Part shown: positions 26,301 to 41,300 of the stretch, one piece after another
Layout of the letters: each line of letters starts with the position of its first letter
How positions within the stretch are numbered: the first letter of the stretch is position 1
Assembly (NCBI GenBank): GCA_051294905.1
Contig: CM119384.1
Coordinates: 17,608,001-17,672,000, forward strand
DNA length: 64,000 nucleotides
Source of the DNA: Botryllus schlosseri
Taxonomy: Eukaryota
Reading direction: 5' to 3'
Program-made: the position numbers and the translations under genes
The notes under the pieces: generated by a model
What the model saw: only the letters and a program-made list of their open reading frames with translations
What the model was told of the DNA's origin: nothing
Databases searched by the model: none

Positions 26301-29300
26301 CATCTGATATAGAAATATCTGGAAATTCAATTACAGAAGACCCAACATTGTCAGTTAAAGATACATTTTCAGAGTTGGAAACTAGTGGTGAATTCACTTC
26401 AATTACGGAATTAAATTTAATTGAAAGTACAGAAAAGTCAACAATGCAAGACATATCTTTTGGCATCATAACCACAAATAGTGTAATATCTGACATTCCA
26501 ATTTCATCTACACGAGACATATCTACAACTCAAACCAAATTTGAGACTTTGGAAATTTCTTTGAAGAACCGTTCAACGCCGATAGAACAATATGAAGCAG
26601 TTGGCACATCGATCTTTCCTATATCACAGGCACTATCAACTTCATTGGATTCAAATCAAACTGAAATCAAAGAGCGAATGTATGACTCGACAAACATTAT
26701 TGAACCACTTTTCGAAGAGACTACCACTATACTAGATTACTCGAGTGAAGGATTAGTTTCTGTAAAATATAACATCACTGACGACATATCATCTGGAACA
26801 ACTGCCATTACCTTACAAAACATCTCATTCGATGACGAATTATCGGGCAGTGGATTGTTTGAATTCAGTTCTACAAATAAACAAAGCACGTCATTTGATC
26901 AAAAAATAAAGTTCATCCGGGAGAATGCAAGAATGCCATTGTCACAAGAATTTCGCTTGACATCGACGGATTCTCAATCACTCTCTACAATGAAAACCGT
27001 TTTCGATAAATCTGAGACACCATCAACCTCTGAATATTCAGTTCAGGCTTCCATCAATCCAGTATTGTATACATCGATTTTTGAAACAGATGCTCACTTG
27101 ACTAATACTGCTGTTATGCTCAAAGCATTAGAATATGATATGTCATCCACTCTATATGATTATGCACAATCACGTATTTCAACTGATATAGAAATATCTG
27201 GAAACGCAAGTGTCGAAGTCACAAAGTTGCCAGTTGAAGATACAACTTCAACTTCAGAGGGTGAACGTAGTGGTGAATTTACTTCGAATACTGTAGCAAA
27301 TTTAAATCCAAGCACTGAAGAACCAACAATGCCAGACATATCTTCTGGTAATACTACCAGTGAAAGTCGAATATCTGACAAAACAACTTCATTTACAAGT
27401 CAAATCGAATTAGAGACTTCACACATTTCTTTGAAGAACCATTCAACCCCAGTAGAAACATCTGAAGCATATCCGAAATTCAGCCAAACTGTTTCAGGTG
27501 GCTCGTCGTTCTTTACTGCATCACAGGCATCATCAACTTTATGGGATTCAGATCAAACTGAATTGAAAGAAGAATTACCTGAATCAACAAACGTCGTTGA
27601 ACTACTTTCTGAAGACACTACCATTGTAACCACCGCCATAAGTGAGGGATCAGGTTTCACGATATATAACATCACTGACGACATATCATCTCGCACAACT
27701 GACATTGCATTACGGAATATTTCATACGATGACGAATTATCGGGCAGTGGATTGTTTGAATTCACTTCTAAAAATAAACAAAGCACGTCATTCGATCAAA
27801 CAATGAAAGTCATCCAGGAGAATGCAACAATGCCATTGTCACAAGAATCTAGCGTGAAATCGACAGATTCTCAAACACTAACTACAATGAAAACAGTTTT
27901 CGATGGATTTGAGTCACCATCGATCTCCGAATATTCAATGCAGGCTTCCATCGATCCCGTTTATTTTACATCATTTCTCGAAACAGATGCTCACTTCACT
28001 AATACTGCTGTTACACTCATATATGATGATAACGCACCATCAAGTATTTCTACCGAGATAGAAATATCTGGAAACGCAAGTATCGAAGTCATAAAGGGGC
28101 CAGTTGAAGATACAACTTCAACTTCAGATAGTGAAAGTAGTGGTGAATTTACTTCGAATACTGTGACAAATTTAATTCCAAGCACTGAAGAACCAACAAT
28201 GCCAGACATATCTTCTGGTAATACATCCAGTGAAAGTCGAATATCTGATAAAACAACTTCATCTACAAGTCTATTCGAATTAGAGACTTCACACATTTCT
28301 TTGAAGAACCATTCAACGCCAATAGAAACATCTGGAGCATATGCGAAATTCAGCCGAACTGTTCCAGTTGGCTCGCCGTTCTTTCCTGCATCACAGGCAT
28401 CATCAACTTTATGGGATTCAGATCAAACTGAAATGAAAGAAGAATTACCTGAATCAACAAACGTCACTGAACCACTTTCCGAAGACGTTACCACTGTATC
28501 AGATGCCAGAAGTGAAGGATCAGGTTTTACGATACATAACATCACTGAGGACATATCATCTGGAACAACTGCCATTGCTTTACAAAATATATTATTCGAT
28601 GATGAATTATCGGGCAGTGGGTTGCTTGAATTCAGTTATACAAACAAACAAATCGCGCTATTCGATAAAACAATGAAAGTCATCCAGGAGAATGCAACAA
28701 TGCCGTTTTCACAAGAATTTATCATGAAATCGACAGATTCTCAAACACTCTCTACAATGAAAACCGCTTTCGATAAATTTGAGACACCATCCACCTCTGA
28801 ATATCCAGTTCAGATTTCCACCAATGCTGTATTTTCTTCAACATTTTTTGAAACAGACCCTCACTTGACTGAAACTGCTGTTACACTCAAAACATCGGAA
28901 TATGATGTGTCATCCACTCGATATGATTATACACCATCAAGTATTTCAACCGATTCAGAAATATCTGGAAACGCAAGTATCGAAGTCACAAAGGTGCCTG
29001 TTGAAGGTACAACTTCAACTTCAGAGGGTGAAAGTAGTGGTGAATTTACTTCGAATACTGTGGCAAATTTAATTCCAAGCACTGAAGAACCAACAATGCC
29101 AGACATATCTCCTGGTAATACAACCAGGAAAAGTCGAATATCTGACAAAACAATTTCATCTACAAGTCAAATCGAATTAGAGACTTCACACATTTCTTTG
29201 AAGAACCATTCAACGCCAGTAGAAACATCTGAAGCATATGCGAAATTCAGCCGAACTGTTTCAGTTGGCTCGTCGTCTTTTCCTGCATCACATGCATCAT

Positions 29301-32300
29301 CAACTTCATGGGATTCAGATCAAACTGAAATGAAAGAAGAATTCCCTGAATCCACAAACGTCACTGAACCACTTTCCGAAGACACTACCAATGTATCAGA
29401 TGCCACAAGTGAAGGATCAGGTTTTGCGATACATAACATCACTGAGGACATATCATCTAGAACAACTGCCATTGCTTTACAAAATATATCATTCGATGAT
29501 GAATTATCGGGCAGTGGGTTGCTTGAATTCAGTTCTACAAACAAACAAGTCGCGCCATTCGATAAAACAATGAAAGTCATCCAGGAGAATGCAACAATGC
29601 CATTTTCACAAGAATTTATCATGAAATCGGCAGATTCTCAAACACTCTCTACAATAAAAACCGTTTTCGATAAATTAGAGACACCATCCACCTCTGAATA
29701 TTTAGTTCAGGCTTCCACCAATGTAGTATTTTCTTCAACATTTTTTGAAACATACCCCCACTTGACTGAAACTGCTGTTACACTCAAAACATCGGAATAT
29801 GATGTGTCATCCACTCCATATGATTATACACCATCAAGTATTTCAACCGATTCAGAAATATCTGGAAACGCAAGTATCGAAGCCACAAAGGTGCCAGTTG
29901 AAGGTACAACTTCCACTTCAGATAGTGAAAGTAGTGGTGAATTTACTTCGAATACTGTGGCAAATTTAATTCCAAGCACTGAAGAACCAACAATGCCAGG
30001 CATATCCCCTGGTAATACAACCAGGAAAAGTCGAATATCTGACAAAACAATTTCATATACAAGTCCAATCGAATTAGAGACTTCACACATTTCTTTGAAG
30101 AACCATTCAACGCCAGTAGAAACATCTGAAGCATATGTGAAATTCAGCCGAACTGTTTCAGTTGGCTCGGCGTCTTTTCCTGCATCACAGGCATCATCAA
30201 CTTTATGGGATTCAGATCAAACTGAAATGAAAGAAGAATTCCCTGAATCAACAAACGTCACTGAACCACTTTCCGAAGACACTACAACGGTATCAGATGC
30301 CACAAGTGAAGGACCAGGTTTTACGATACATAACATCACTGAGGACATATCATCTGGAACAACTGCCATTGCTTCACAAAATATATCATTCGATGATGAA
30401 TTATCGGGCAGTGGGTTGCTTGAATTCAGTTCTACAAACAAACAAGTCGCGCCATTCGATAAAACAATGAAAGTCATCCAGGAGAATGCAACAATGCCAT
30501 TGTCACAAGAATTTAGCGTGAAATCGACAGATTCTCAAACACTCTCTACAATGAAAACAATTTTCGATAGATTTGAGTCACCATCGATCTCCGAATATTC
30601 AATGCAGGCTTCCATCAATCCAATTTATTTTACATCATTTCTCGAAACAGATGCTCACTTCACTAATACTGCCGTTACACTCATATATGATAATAACGCA
30701 CCATCAAGTATTTCAACCGAGATAGAAATATCGGGAAACGCAAGTATCGAAGTCATAAAGGGGCCAGTTGAAGATACAACTTCAACTTCAGATAGTGAAA
30801 GTAGTGGTGAATTTACTTCGAATACTGTGGCAAATTTAATTCCAAGCACTGAAGAACCAGCAATGCCAGACATATCTTATGGTAATACAACCAGTGAAAG
30901 TCGAATATCTGACAAAACAATTTCATCTACAAGTCAAATCGAATTAGACACTTCACACATTTCTTTGAAGAACAATTCAATGTCAGTAGAAACATCTGAA
31001 GCATATGCGAAATTCAGCCCAACTGTTCCAGTTGGCTCGTCGTCTTTTTCTGCATCACAGGCATCATCAACTTTATGGGATTCAGATCAAACTGAAATGA
31101 AAGAAGAATTCCCTGAATCAACAAACGTCACTGAACCACTTTCCGAAGACATTACCACTGTATCAGATGCCAGAAGTGAAGGATCAGGTTTTACGATACA
31201 TAACATCACTGAGGACATATCATCTGGAACAACTGCCATTGCTTTACAAAATATATTATTCGATGATGAATTATCGGGCAGTGGGTTGCTTGAATTCAGT
31301 TATACAAACAAACAAATCGCGCCATTCGATAAAACAATGAAAGTCATCCAGGAGAATGCAACAATGCCATTTTCACAAGAATTTATCATGAAATCGACAG
31401 AATCTCAAACACTCTCTACAATGAAAACCGCTTTCGATAAATTTGAGACACCATCCACCTCTGAATATCCAGTTCAGATTTCCACCAATGCTGTATTTTC
31501 TTCAACATTTTTTGAAACAGACCCTCACTTGACTGAAACTGCTGTTACACTCAAAACATCGGAATATGATGTGTCATCCACTCGATATGATTATACACCA
31601 TCAAGTATTTCAACCGATTCAGAAATATCTGGAAACGCAAGTATCGAAGTCACAAAGGTGCCTGTTGAAGGTACAACTTCAACTTCAGAGGGTGAAAGTA
31701 GTGGTGAATTTACTTCGAATACTGTGGCAAATTTAATTCCAAGCACTGAAGAACCAACAATGCCAGACATATCTCCTGGTAATACAACCAGGAAAAGTCG
31801 AATATCTGACAAAACAATTTCATCTACAAGTCAAATCGAATTAGAGACTTCACACATTTCTTTGAAGAACCATTCAACGCCAGTAGAAACATCTGAAGCA
31901 TATGCGAAATTCAGCCGAACTGTTTCAGTTGGCTCGTCGCCTTTTCCTGCATCACAGGCATCATCAACTTTATGGGATTCAGATCAAACTGAAATGAAAG
32001 AAGAATTCCCTGAATCAACAAACGTCACTGAACCACTTTTCGAAGACACTACCACTGTATCAGATGCCACAAGTGAAGGATCAGGTTTTACGATACATAA
32101 CATCACTGAGGACATATCATCTGGAACAACTGCCATTGCTTTACAAAATATATCATTCGATGATGAATTATCGGGCAGTGGGTTGCTTGAATTCAGTTCT
32201 ACAAACAAACAAGTCGCGCCATTCGATAAAACAATGAAAGTCATCCAGGAGAATGCAACAATGCCATTGTCACAAGAATTTAGCGTGAAATCGACAGATT

Positions 32301-35300
32301 CTCAAACACTCTCTACAATGAAAACAGTTTTCGATAGATTTGAGTCACCATCGATCTCCGAATATTCAATGCAGGCTTCCATCAATCCAATTTATTTTAC
32401 ATCATTTCTCGAAACAGATGCTCACTTCACTAATACTGCTGTTATACTCATATATGATGATAACGCACCATCAAGTATTTCAACCGAGATAGAAATATCT
32501 GGAAACGCAAGTATCGAAGTCACAAAGGTGCCAGTGGAAGGTACAACTTCCACTTCAGATAGTGAAAGTAGTGGTGAATTTACTTCGAATACTGTGGCAA
32601 ATTTAATTCCAAGCACTGAAGAACCAACAATGCCAGGCATATCTCCTGGTAATACAACCTGGAAAAGTCTAATATCTGACAAAACAATTTCATCTACAAG
32701 TCAAATCGAATTAGAGACTTCACACATTTCTTTGAAGAACCATTCAACGCCAGTAGAAACATCTGAAGCATATGCGAAATTCAGCCGAACTGTTTCAGTT
32801 GGCTCGTCGCCTTTTCCTGCATCACAGGCATCATCAACTTTATGGGATTCAGATCAAACTGAAATGAAAGAAGAATTCCCTGAATCAACAAACGTCACTG
32901 AACCACTTTTCGAAGACACTACCACTGTATCAGATGCCACAAGTGAAGGATCAGGTTTTACGATACATAACATCACTGAGGACATATCATCTGGAACAAC
33001 TGCCATTGCTTTACAAAATATATCATTCGATGATGAATTATCGGGCAGTGGGTTGCTTGAATTCAGTTCTACAAACAAACAAGTCGCGCCATTCTATAAA
33101 ACAATGAAAGTCATCCAGGAGAATGCAACAAAGCCATTTTCACAAGAATTTATCATGAAATCGACAGATTCTCAAACACTCTCTACAATGAAAACCGTTT
33201 TCGATAAATTTGAGACACCATCCACCTCTGAATATTCAGGTCAGGCTTCCACCAATGTAGTATTTTCTTCAACATTTTTTGAAACATACCCTCACTTGAC
33301 TGAAACTGCTGTTACACTCAAAACATCGGAATATGATGTGTCATCCACTCCCTATGATTATACACCATCAAGTATTTCAACCGATTCAGAAATATCTGGA
33401 AACGCAAGTATCGAAGTCACAAAGGTGCCAGTTGAAGGTACAACTTCCACTTCAGATAGTGAAAGTAGTGGTGAAGTTACTTCGAATACTGTGGCAAATT
33501 TAATTCCAAGCACTCAAGAACCAACAATGTCAGGCATATCTCCTGGTAATACAACCAGGAAACGTCGAATATCTGACAAAACAATTTCATCTACAAGTCA
33601 AATCGAATTAGAGACTTCACACATTTCTTTGAAGAACCATTCAATGCCAGTAGAAACATCTGAAGCATATCCGAAATTCAGCCAAACTATTCCAGGTAGC
33701 TCGTCGTTCTTTACTGCTTCACAAGCATCATCAACTTTATGGGATTCTGATCAAACTGAAATCAAAGAAGAATTACCTGAATCAACAAGCGTCGTTGAAC
33801 TACTTTCTGATGACACTACCATTGTAACCACTGCCATAAGTGAAGGATCAGGTTTCACGATATATAACATCACTGACGACATATCATCTCCCACAACAGA
33901 CATTGCATTGCGAAATATCTCATTCGATGATGAATTATCGGGCATTGGATTGTTTGAATTCACTTCTACAAATAAACAAAGCACGTCATTTGATCAAACA
34001 ATGAAAGTCATCCAGGAGAATGCAACAATGCCATTGTCACAAGAATTTAGCGTGAAATCGACAGATTCTCAAACACTCTCTACAATGAAAACCGCTTTCG
34101 ATAGATTTGAGTCACCATCAACCTCTGAATATTCAATGCAGGCCTCCATTAATCCAGTATTTTTTACATCATTTCTCGAAACAGATGCTCACTTCACTGA
34201 TACTGCTGTTACACTCAGATATGATGATGATGTACCATCAAGTATTTCAACCGAGATAGAAATATCTGGAAACGCAAGTATCGAAGTCACAAAGGTCCCA
34301 GTTGAAGATACAACTTCAACTTCAGATAGTGAAAGTAGTGGTGAATTTACTTCGAATACTGTGGCAAATTTAATTCCAAGCACTGAAGAACCAACAATGC
34401 CAGACATATCTTCTGGTAATACAACCAGTAAAAGTCGAATATCTGACAAAACAATTTCATCTACAAGTCAAATGGAATTAGAGACTGCACACATTTCTTT
34501 GAAGAGCCATTCAACCCCAGTAGAAACATCTGAAGCATATCCGGAATTCAGCCGAACTGTTTCAGGTGGCTCGTCGTTCTTTACTGCATCACAGGCATCA
34601 TCAACTTTATGGGATTCAGATCAAACTGAATTGAAAGAAGAATTACCTGAATCAACAAACGTCGTTGAACTACTTTCTGAAGACACTACCATTGTAACCA
34701 CCGCCATAAGTGAGGGATCAGGTTTCACGATATATAACATCACTGACGACATATCATCTCGCACAACTGACATTGCATTTCGGAATATTTCATACGATGA
34801 CGAATTATCGGGCAGTGGATTGTTTGAATTCAGTTCTACAAATAAACAAAGCACGTCATTCGATCAAACAATGAAAGTCATCCAGGAGAATGCAACAATG
34901 CCATTGTCACAAGAATTTAGCGTGAAATCGACAGATTCTCAAACACTCTCTACGATGAAAACCGTTTTCGATGGATTTCAGTCACCATCAACCTCTGAAT
35001 ATTCAATGCAGGTTTCTATCAATCCAGTATTTTTTACATCATTTCTCGAAACAGATGCTCACTTCACTGATACTGCTGTTACACTCAGATATGATGATAA
35101 TGCACCATCAAGTATTTCAACCGAGATAGAAATATCTGGAAACGCAAGTATCGAAGTCACAAAGGTGCCAGTTGAAGATACAACTTCAACTTCAGATAGT
35201 GAAAGTAGTGGTGAATTTACTTCGAATACTGTGGCAAATTTAATTCAAAGCACTGAACAACCAACAATGCCAGACATATCTTCTAGTAATACAACCAGTA

Positions 35301-38300
35301 AAAGTCGAATATCTGACAAAACAATTTCATCCACAAGTCAAATCGAATTAGAGACTTCACACATTTCTTTGAAGAACCATTCAACGCCAGTAGAAACATC
35401 TGAAGCATATGCGAAATTCAGCCGAACTGATCCAGTTGGCTCGTCGTCCTTTCCTGCATCACAGGCATCATCAACAATATGGGATTCAGATCAAACTGAA
35501 ATGAAAGAAGAATTACCTGAATCAACAAACGTCATTGAACCACTTTCCGAAGACACTGCCACTCTACCCGCTGTCATAAGTGAAGGATCAGGTTTTACGA
35601 TATATAACATCACTGACGACTTATCATCTGGAACAGCTGTCATTGCATTACAAAACGTATCATTCGATGATGAATTATCGGGCAGTGGATTGTTGGAATT
35701 CAGTTCTACAATTAAACAAAGCACGACATTCGATCAAACAATGAAAGTCATCCGGGAGAATGCAACAATGCCATTGTCACAAGAATTTAGCGTGATTTCG
35801 ACAGATTCTCAAACACTCCCTACAATGAAAACCGTTTTTGATAAATTTGAGAAACCATCCGCTTCTGAATATTCAGTTCAGGCTTCCACCAATCTAGCAT
35901 TGTTTACGTCGGTTTTTGCAACAGATGATCATTTGACTGATATTGATGCTATACTCAAAACATCGGAATATGATATGACATCTATTCGATATGATAGTGC
36001 ACTATCAAGTATTTCAAATGATGCAGAAATATCTGCAAACGCGACTACAGAAGTTTCAACATTGTCAGTTGAAGATACAACTTCCGAGTTGGAAATTAGT
36101 GGTGAATTTACTTCAACTACAGAGGTAAATTTTATCGAAAGCACTGAACAAGCAACAACGCGAGACATATCTTTTGGCAGTATTACGACTACTAGTGTCA
36201 TATCTGAAGTAGAAATTTCATCTACACCATATATATCTACAACTCAAACCGAATTTGAGACTTCACAAATTAATTTGAACCATTCAACACCCATTGAAGC
36301 ATCTCCATATCCGGAATTCCGCCAAACTCTTCCAGTTGGCTCGTCGTTCTTTCCTGCATCACAGGCATCATCAACTTCATGGGATTCAGATCAAACTGAA
36401 ATGAAAGAAGAATTACCTGAATCAACAAGGTCCGTTGAACCACTTTTCGAAGACATTACCACTGTACCACATGCCATAAGTGAGGGATCAGGTTTAACGA
36501 TATATAACATCACTGACGACATATCATCTGGAACAACTGCGATTGCATTACAAAATATATCATACGATGATGAATTAGCGGGCAGTGGATTATTTGAATT
36601 CGGTTCTACAAATATGCAAAGCTCGTCATTTGATCAAACAATGGCAGTCATCCAGGAGAATGCAACACGGCCATCGACAGATTCCCAAACCTATAGTGTG
36701 AAAACTGTCATTGATGAAGTTCATCCATCACCGACCTTTGAATATTCTGCTAACGCTTCCACCAATCCAGTATTCCCTACGTGGGATTTTGCAACAGATG
36801 CTCACTTGACTGATACTATTGCTATCCTGAAGAGATCAGAATATGATATGACATTCACTCCATATGATAGTGCGCTATCAAATATTTCAACCGATATAGA
36901 AATATCAGGAAACGCAATCATCAAAGTTAAAAATCTTTCAGCTGAAAATACTACTTCAGAGTTGGTAACTGGTGGTAAATTCAGTTCAAATTCAGAAGCA
37001 AACTTAATTCCAAGCACCGAGCAACTAACAATGCAGGACATATCTTTTGGCACTATAACCACTAAAAGTGTATTATCGGACATAGCAATTCCATCTACAC
37101 GCATTATATCCTCAAGTCAGACCGAATTGGAGACTTCACAATTTTTCTCGAAGAACCATTCAACACTGGTAGAATCATCTGAAGGATCTGCCTATCCATA
37201 TTTTGATCAAACTCTTCCAGCTGGCACATCAATCCTTCAAGTATCACTGGCATCATCATCTTCACAGGATTCAAATCAGACTGAAATCAGAGAACAATTA
37301 TCTGAATTAACAAACATTATTGAACATCTTTTCAAAGACACTACGACCCTACTAGATAACACAACTGAAGGATCAATTTCTACAATACGCAACATGATAG
37401 AAGTCATGTTATCTGAAACAACAGCAGTGGCATTACAAAATATATCATATGATGATGGAATATCAGGTAGTGGTTTTTCTGACTTCACCATAATGACTGG
37501 ACAAGGTACATCATTCGGCCAAACGCCGAGTGTATCCTGGCAGAATACAACATTGTCGATACCAGAAGAAGTTGACATGAAATCGGTACAATCTCACACA
37601 CCTGCTATGAAAGAAGTATTTGAAACATCATCAATGTCTGAATATTCTGCACCTGCATCCACCAGTCGACGCTTTTATCAATCAATTTCTGGAGTAGATC
37701 TTGGCGTGGCGGATAACACTACGCTTGATGGTGTGCTTGAAGGTGTATCGGCCGATATGGAAATATCTGGACACACAAGTACTGAAGTTATAAAGTTGTC
37801 AGTTGAAGAAGCAACTTTAGAGTTGAAAGCCACAAGCGCATCTACTTCAAATACAGTACTCAATGTATTTCAAAGAAGCACTGAACAGCCAAAAATGCAA
37901 GACGTATTTAGTGGTGACATAATCACAACAAGTTTCACGTCTAACGTAACGACTTCTTTTACACCAAACAAATCGCCTAGTCAAAGCGATGCAAAGTCTT
38001 CACAGATTTCGTCAAATATCTATTCAACGCCAGCAGAGCCATCTGAAAAATTCACAAAACCAGAATTTATTAAAACCTCACTGGTCACAACAACCTACTT
38101 TCAAGATTCTCAAGCCTCATCAACATCACAAGATTCAACTCAATCTAAAATCACAGAAGAAATATTTGAATTGATAAACACTATTGATCCACTTGTTGAA
38201 GACACCACCATCGTATTGGATATCACAAGTGAAGGAAGATTTTCTACGATAAATAACATGACCGAAGGCATGTTTTCTGGAACAAGAACAGTCTCATTTC

Positions 38301-41300
38301 AAAATATATCACATGATGATGAAGTATCAGGTAGTGGCTTATCTGACTTCGCGACTATAAACGAATCAAGTACATCATTCAGTGAAATTTGGAATGTATC
38401 CCTGCAAAATACAACACTACCAATATCAGATGAAATTTACGTAAAATCTACAGAATCTCGAACGTTTGAAAACTCATCTACTTCGCCGTCTACCAGTACA
38501 CAGTCATTTGCGTCAATTTCTGCAACAAAAGCTCATTTTACGGATACCCCTGTTTTATCGAAATCATCGGAAATCAATATGACATACACTACAGTCGCTA
38601 GTGCGGTACCGAGAATATCAATAGATATGGAAATATCTGGAGATGGCTTACCAGATGTTACGGTACTTTCAGTTGAGAAAACAGTATCAGAGTTGGCAAC
38701 TAATAGTAGATCTACGTTAAATAAAGAGTTGAGTTTACTTGAAAGTACTACTGAACAGCCAACAATACATAACATAACCGCAGTAGGTGTACTATCTGAC
38801 ATAGCAACTTCATATACACCAGAAAAATCTTCCTTTGAAACTGATGTCACGACTTCTGAAATTTCATTAAAGAACAATTCCATGCTATTGGAACCATCAG
38901 ATGCATCCATGAAACCGGAATTTAGTCATATATCTCCGGTTAGCACATCAATTTTTCAAGGTTCTTGGTTGTCATCATCATCACATGATGTGACTCAAAC
39001 TAATATCCAAGTAGAATTATCAGAATCAACGAAAATTATGGAGCCAACTGTACTAAAAACTTCTGTGGAAATAGAAACCTCTAATGAAAGACCACTTTCT
39101 ACGATGCAGAACGTGAGCGAATATATGTCATCTGGGACAACAGATGTTGCATTACAAAATATATCATTCGATGATGAATTATCGGGCAGAGGATTGTCAG
39201 ACTTCGTCGTAATATCGTTGCAGAATTCAACACGGCCAATGACAGATGGGTTTAGCATGGAATCAACAAAAATATACTCACTTTCTACTATGAATACCAA
39301 ATATGAAGACTTTCTGATATCATCGCTTGCTGAATATTCTACTAAGGTGTCGTCCAGTTCTCTGCTGCTTGAGTCGACTTCTGCTACAGATGACACTTCA
39401 ACCGATAATGCTGTTACACTCAATGTATCAGACAAGGAAATCACTGGTGTCACTTTTCAAAGCACGTTTTCAACCGTATCAGTTGATGAAGAATTATCTG
39501 GTAGTGTTTCTTCTGATAATACTGATAATACTGAGGAAATGATTCAAGACACTACTCCTCAGTTAGAGACAATAATTATATCTACTTCAAACATCAAAGA
39601 CAGCAAATTTGAAAGAAGTTCAATACAAACAACAGTGTCAGAACTAGACAACAAAAGTGCAAGAATCGGACTATCTGAATCCACGCTTCCTTTTATAGCC
39701 AACATATCGCATAATCCGCCCAGCAACAATTCAGGATCTCAGTCATCGTTGATATCACAAGATATAACTCAATCTACAATCACCGGTGAATTAATCGAAA
39801 ATGGTACTGACGAATTAGTGAAAAGCTCTACCACTGATACAGTATTGGTTTATCAAATGCAAAATACCACAAAAGACTTCCTTCTTGAACCAGCAATAGC
39901 GACACCGCAAGATCTCTCTTTCGATGATGAATTATCGGGAAGTGGATTTATCAAAATGACTGCTATAGATGAGCTCAATGTAACTTTCACTCAAACGGTT
40001 TCAAGTGAATTCTCAACATTCCTACCATCCATGACACAGTACACGGAAAGGCAATCAAATCAAACAATCTTTTTTGGAGACGCAATAGTAGAAATATCTC
40101 ACACATCACCATCTTCTATATATCCCACTACTCCGTTATTCAGCTCACGGCCAATACAATCAATTCCTGCAGCATCTAAAGCAATTTTCCTTACCTCACA
40201 AATTTCAATAAAGAATATTTCAGCGCCATTAGCATCATTTGAAACATTTTCTCAGAGTAATATGTATCCACTTGAAACAACGATTTATGAAGAATCTGAA
40301 GCGTCATCAATGCCTCAAGATGTAACGGAAACTTCAATCAAAGAAGAATCCTCTGAATCTACCGAAGATATTGAGACTTTGTCTGAAGAAACGACTTTAA
40401 AAATTGAAACTACAAATACTGCAGATGCTTCCAAAATGATGAACATGACTGAAGATTTTATACCGGCAACTGAAACAACGACTGGTGAATCTAATGTATC
40501 ATTTGAACAAGTCTTCGACTCCACAGCGAAAGTTTCATTGGATAATGTTTCAATGCAATTTGCACCAACTGGAATTTCTCCACAGCCTCACTCTCAAGAC
40601 ATATCAGAAAGTACCACTGAAAAATTTAGGGTGTCTCAAATGACTCCTGCATTAGTACCTTTACCAAGTACAGAATTGTTTGCAACCACAAAAGGTGTTG
40701 AGCCAGGTATGAAACACTCTACTAATGCTAGAGATAGTACTTATGAAGATATAATACCAGAAACCATATTATTTGACGAAATATCATCAGGTTTAGAATC
40801 TGTCGGATGGAGCACTGTACATTTTCTGAATATATCTACTAATGAAACCTCTTTATCCGCACTTCAAACTTCCTTGAAATACTTGCCAACTACATCAGAA
40901 TCTTTCGAGATTTCAAAGATGGATTCGAGTCAAGCGTCAGCATTCACCGAAACAATCCGCAGAACGTCTGAAGCACCATCAACCGCATATATCCTTCCCG
41001 GCAGAACTGTTGGGGACTCATTGGAAGCTACTATGTCATCCAATCGGTCAAAAACTTCAACATCTTTTTTTACCCCATTTCCATTATCGCGGAACACTGA
41101 GATATCCACGGATTTTATTGAGGTTACACATTCTGGTTACGATTCTCCTCACATGTTGAGCGAGAATCCATATCGAAATATTTCGATTGATCAAGCAATT
41201 TCTGGAAGTGGACTTAGTCCTACTAATGCGATTTTGACAGGCACTCCTACGGAGGAAAGTATGAATGCGTCAACTATTAACGAAATTGAACAAAGTACAT

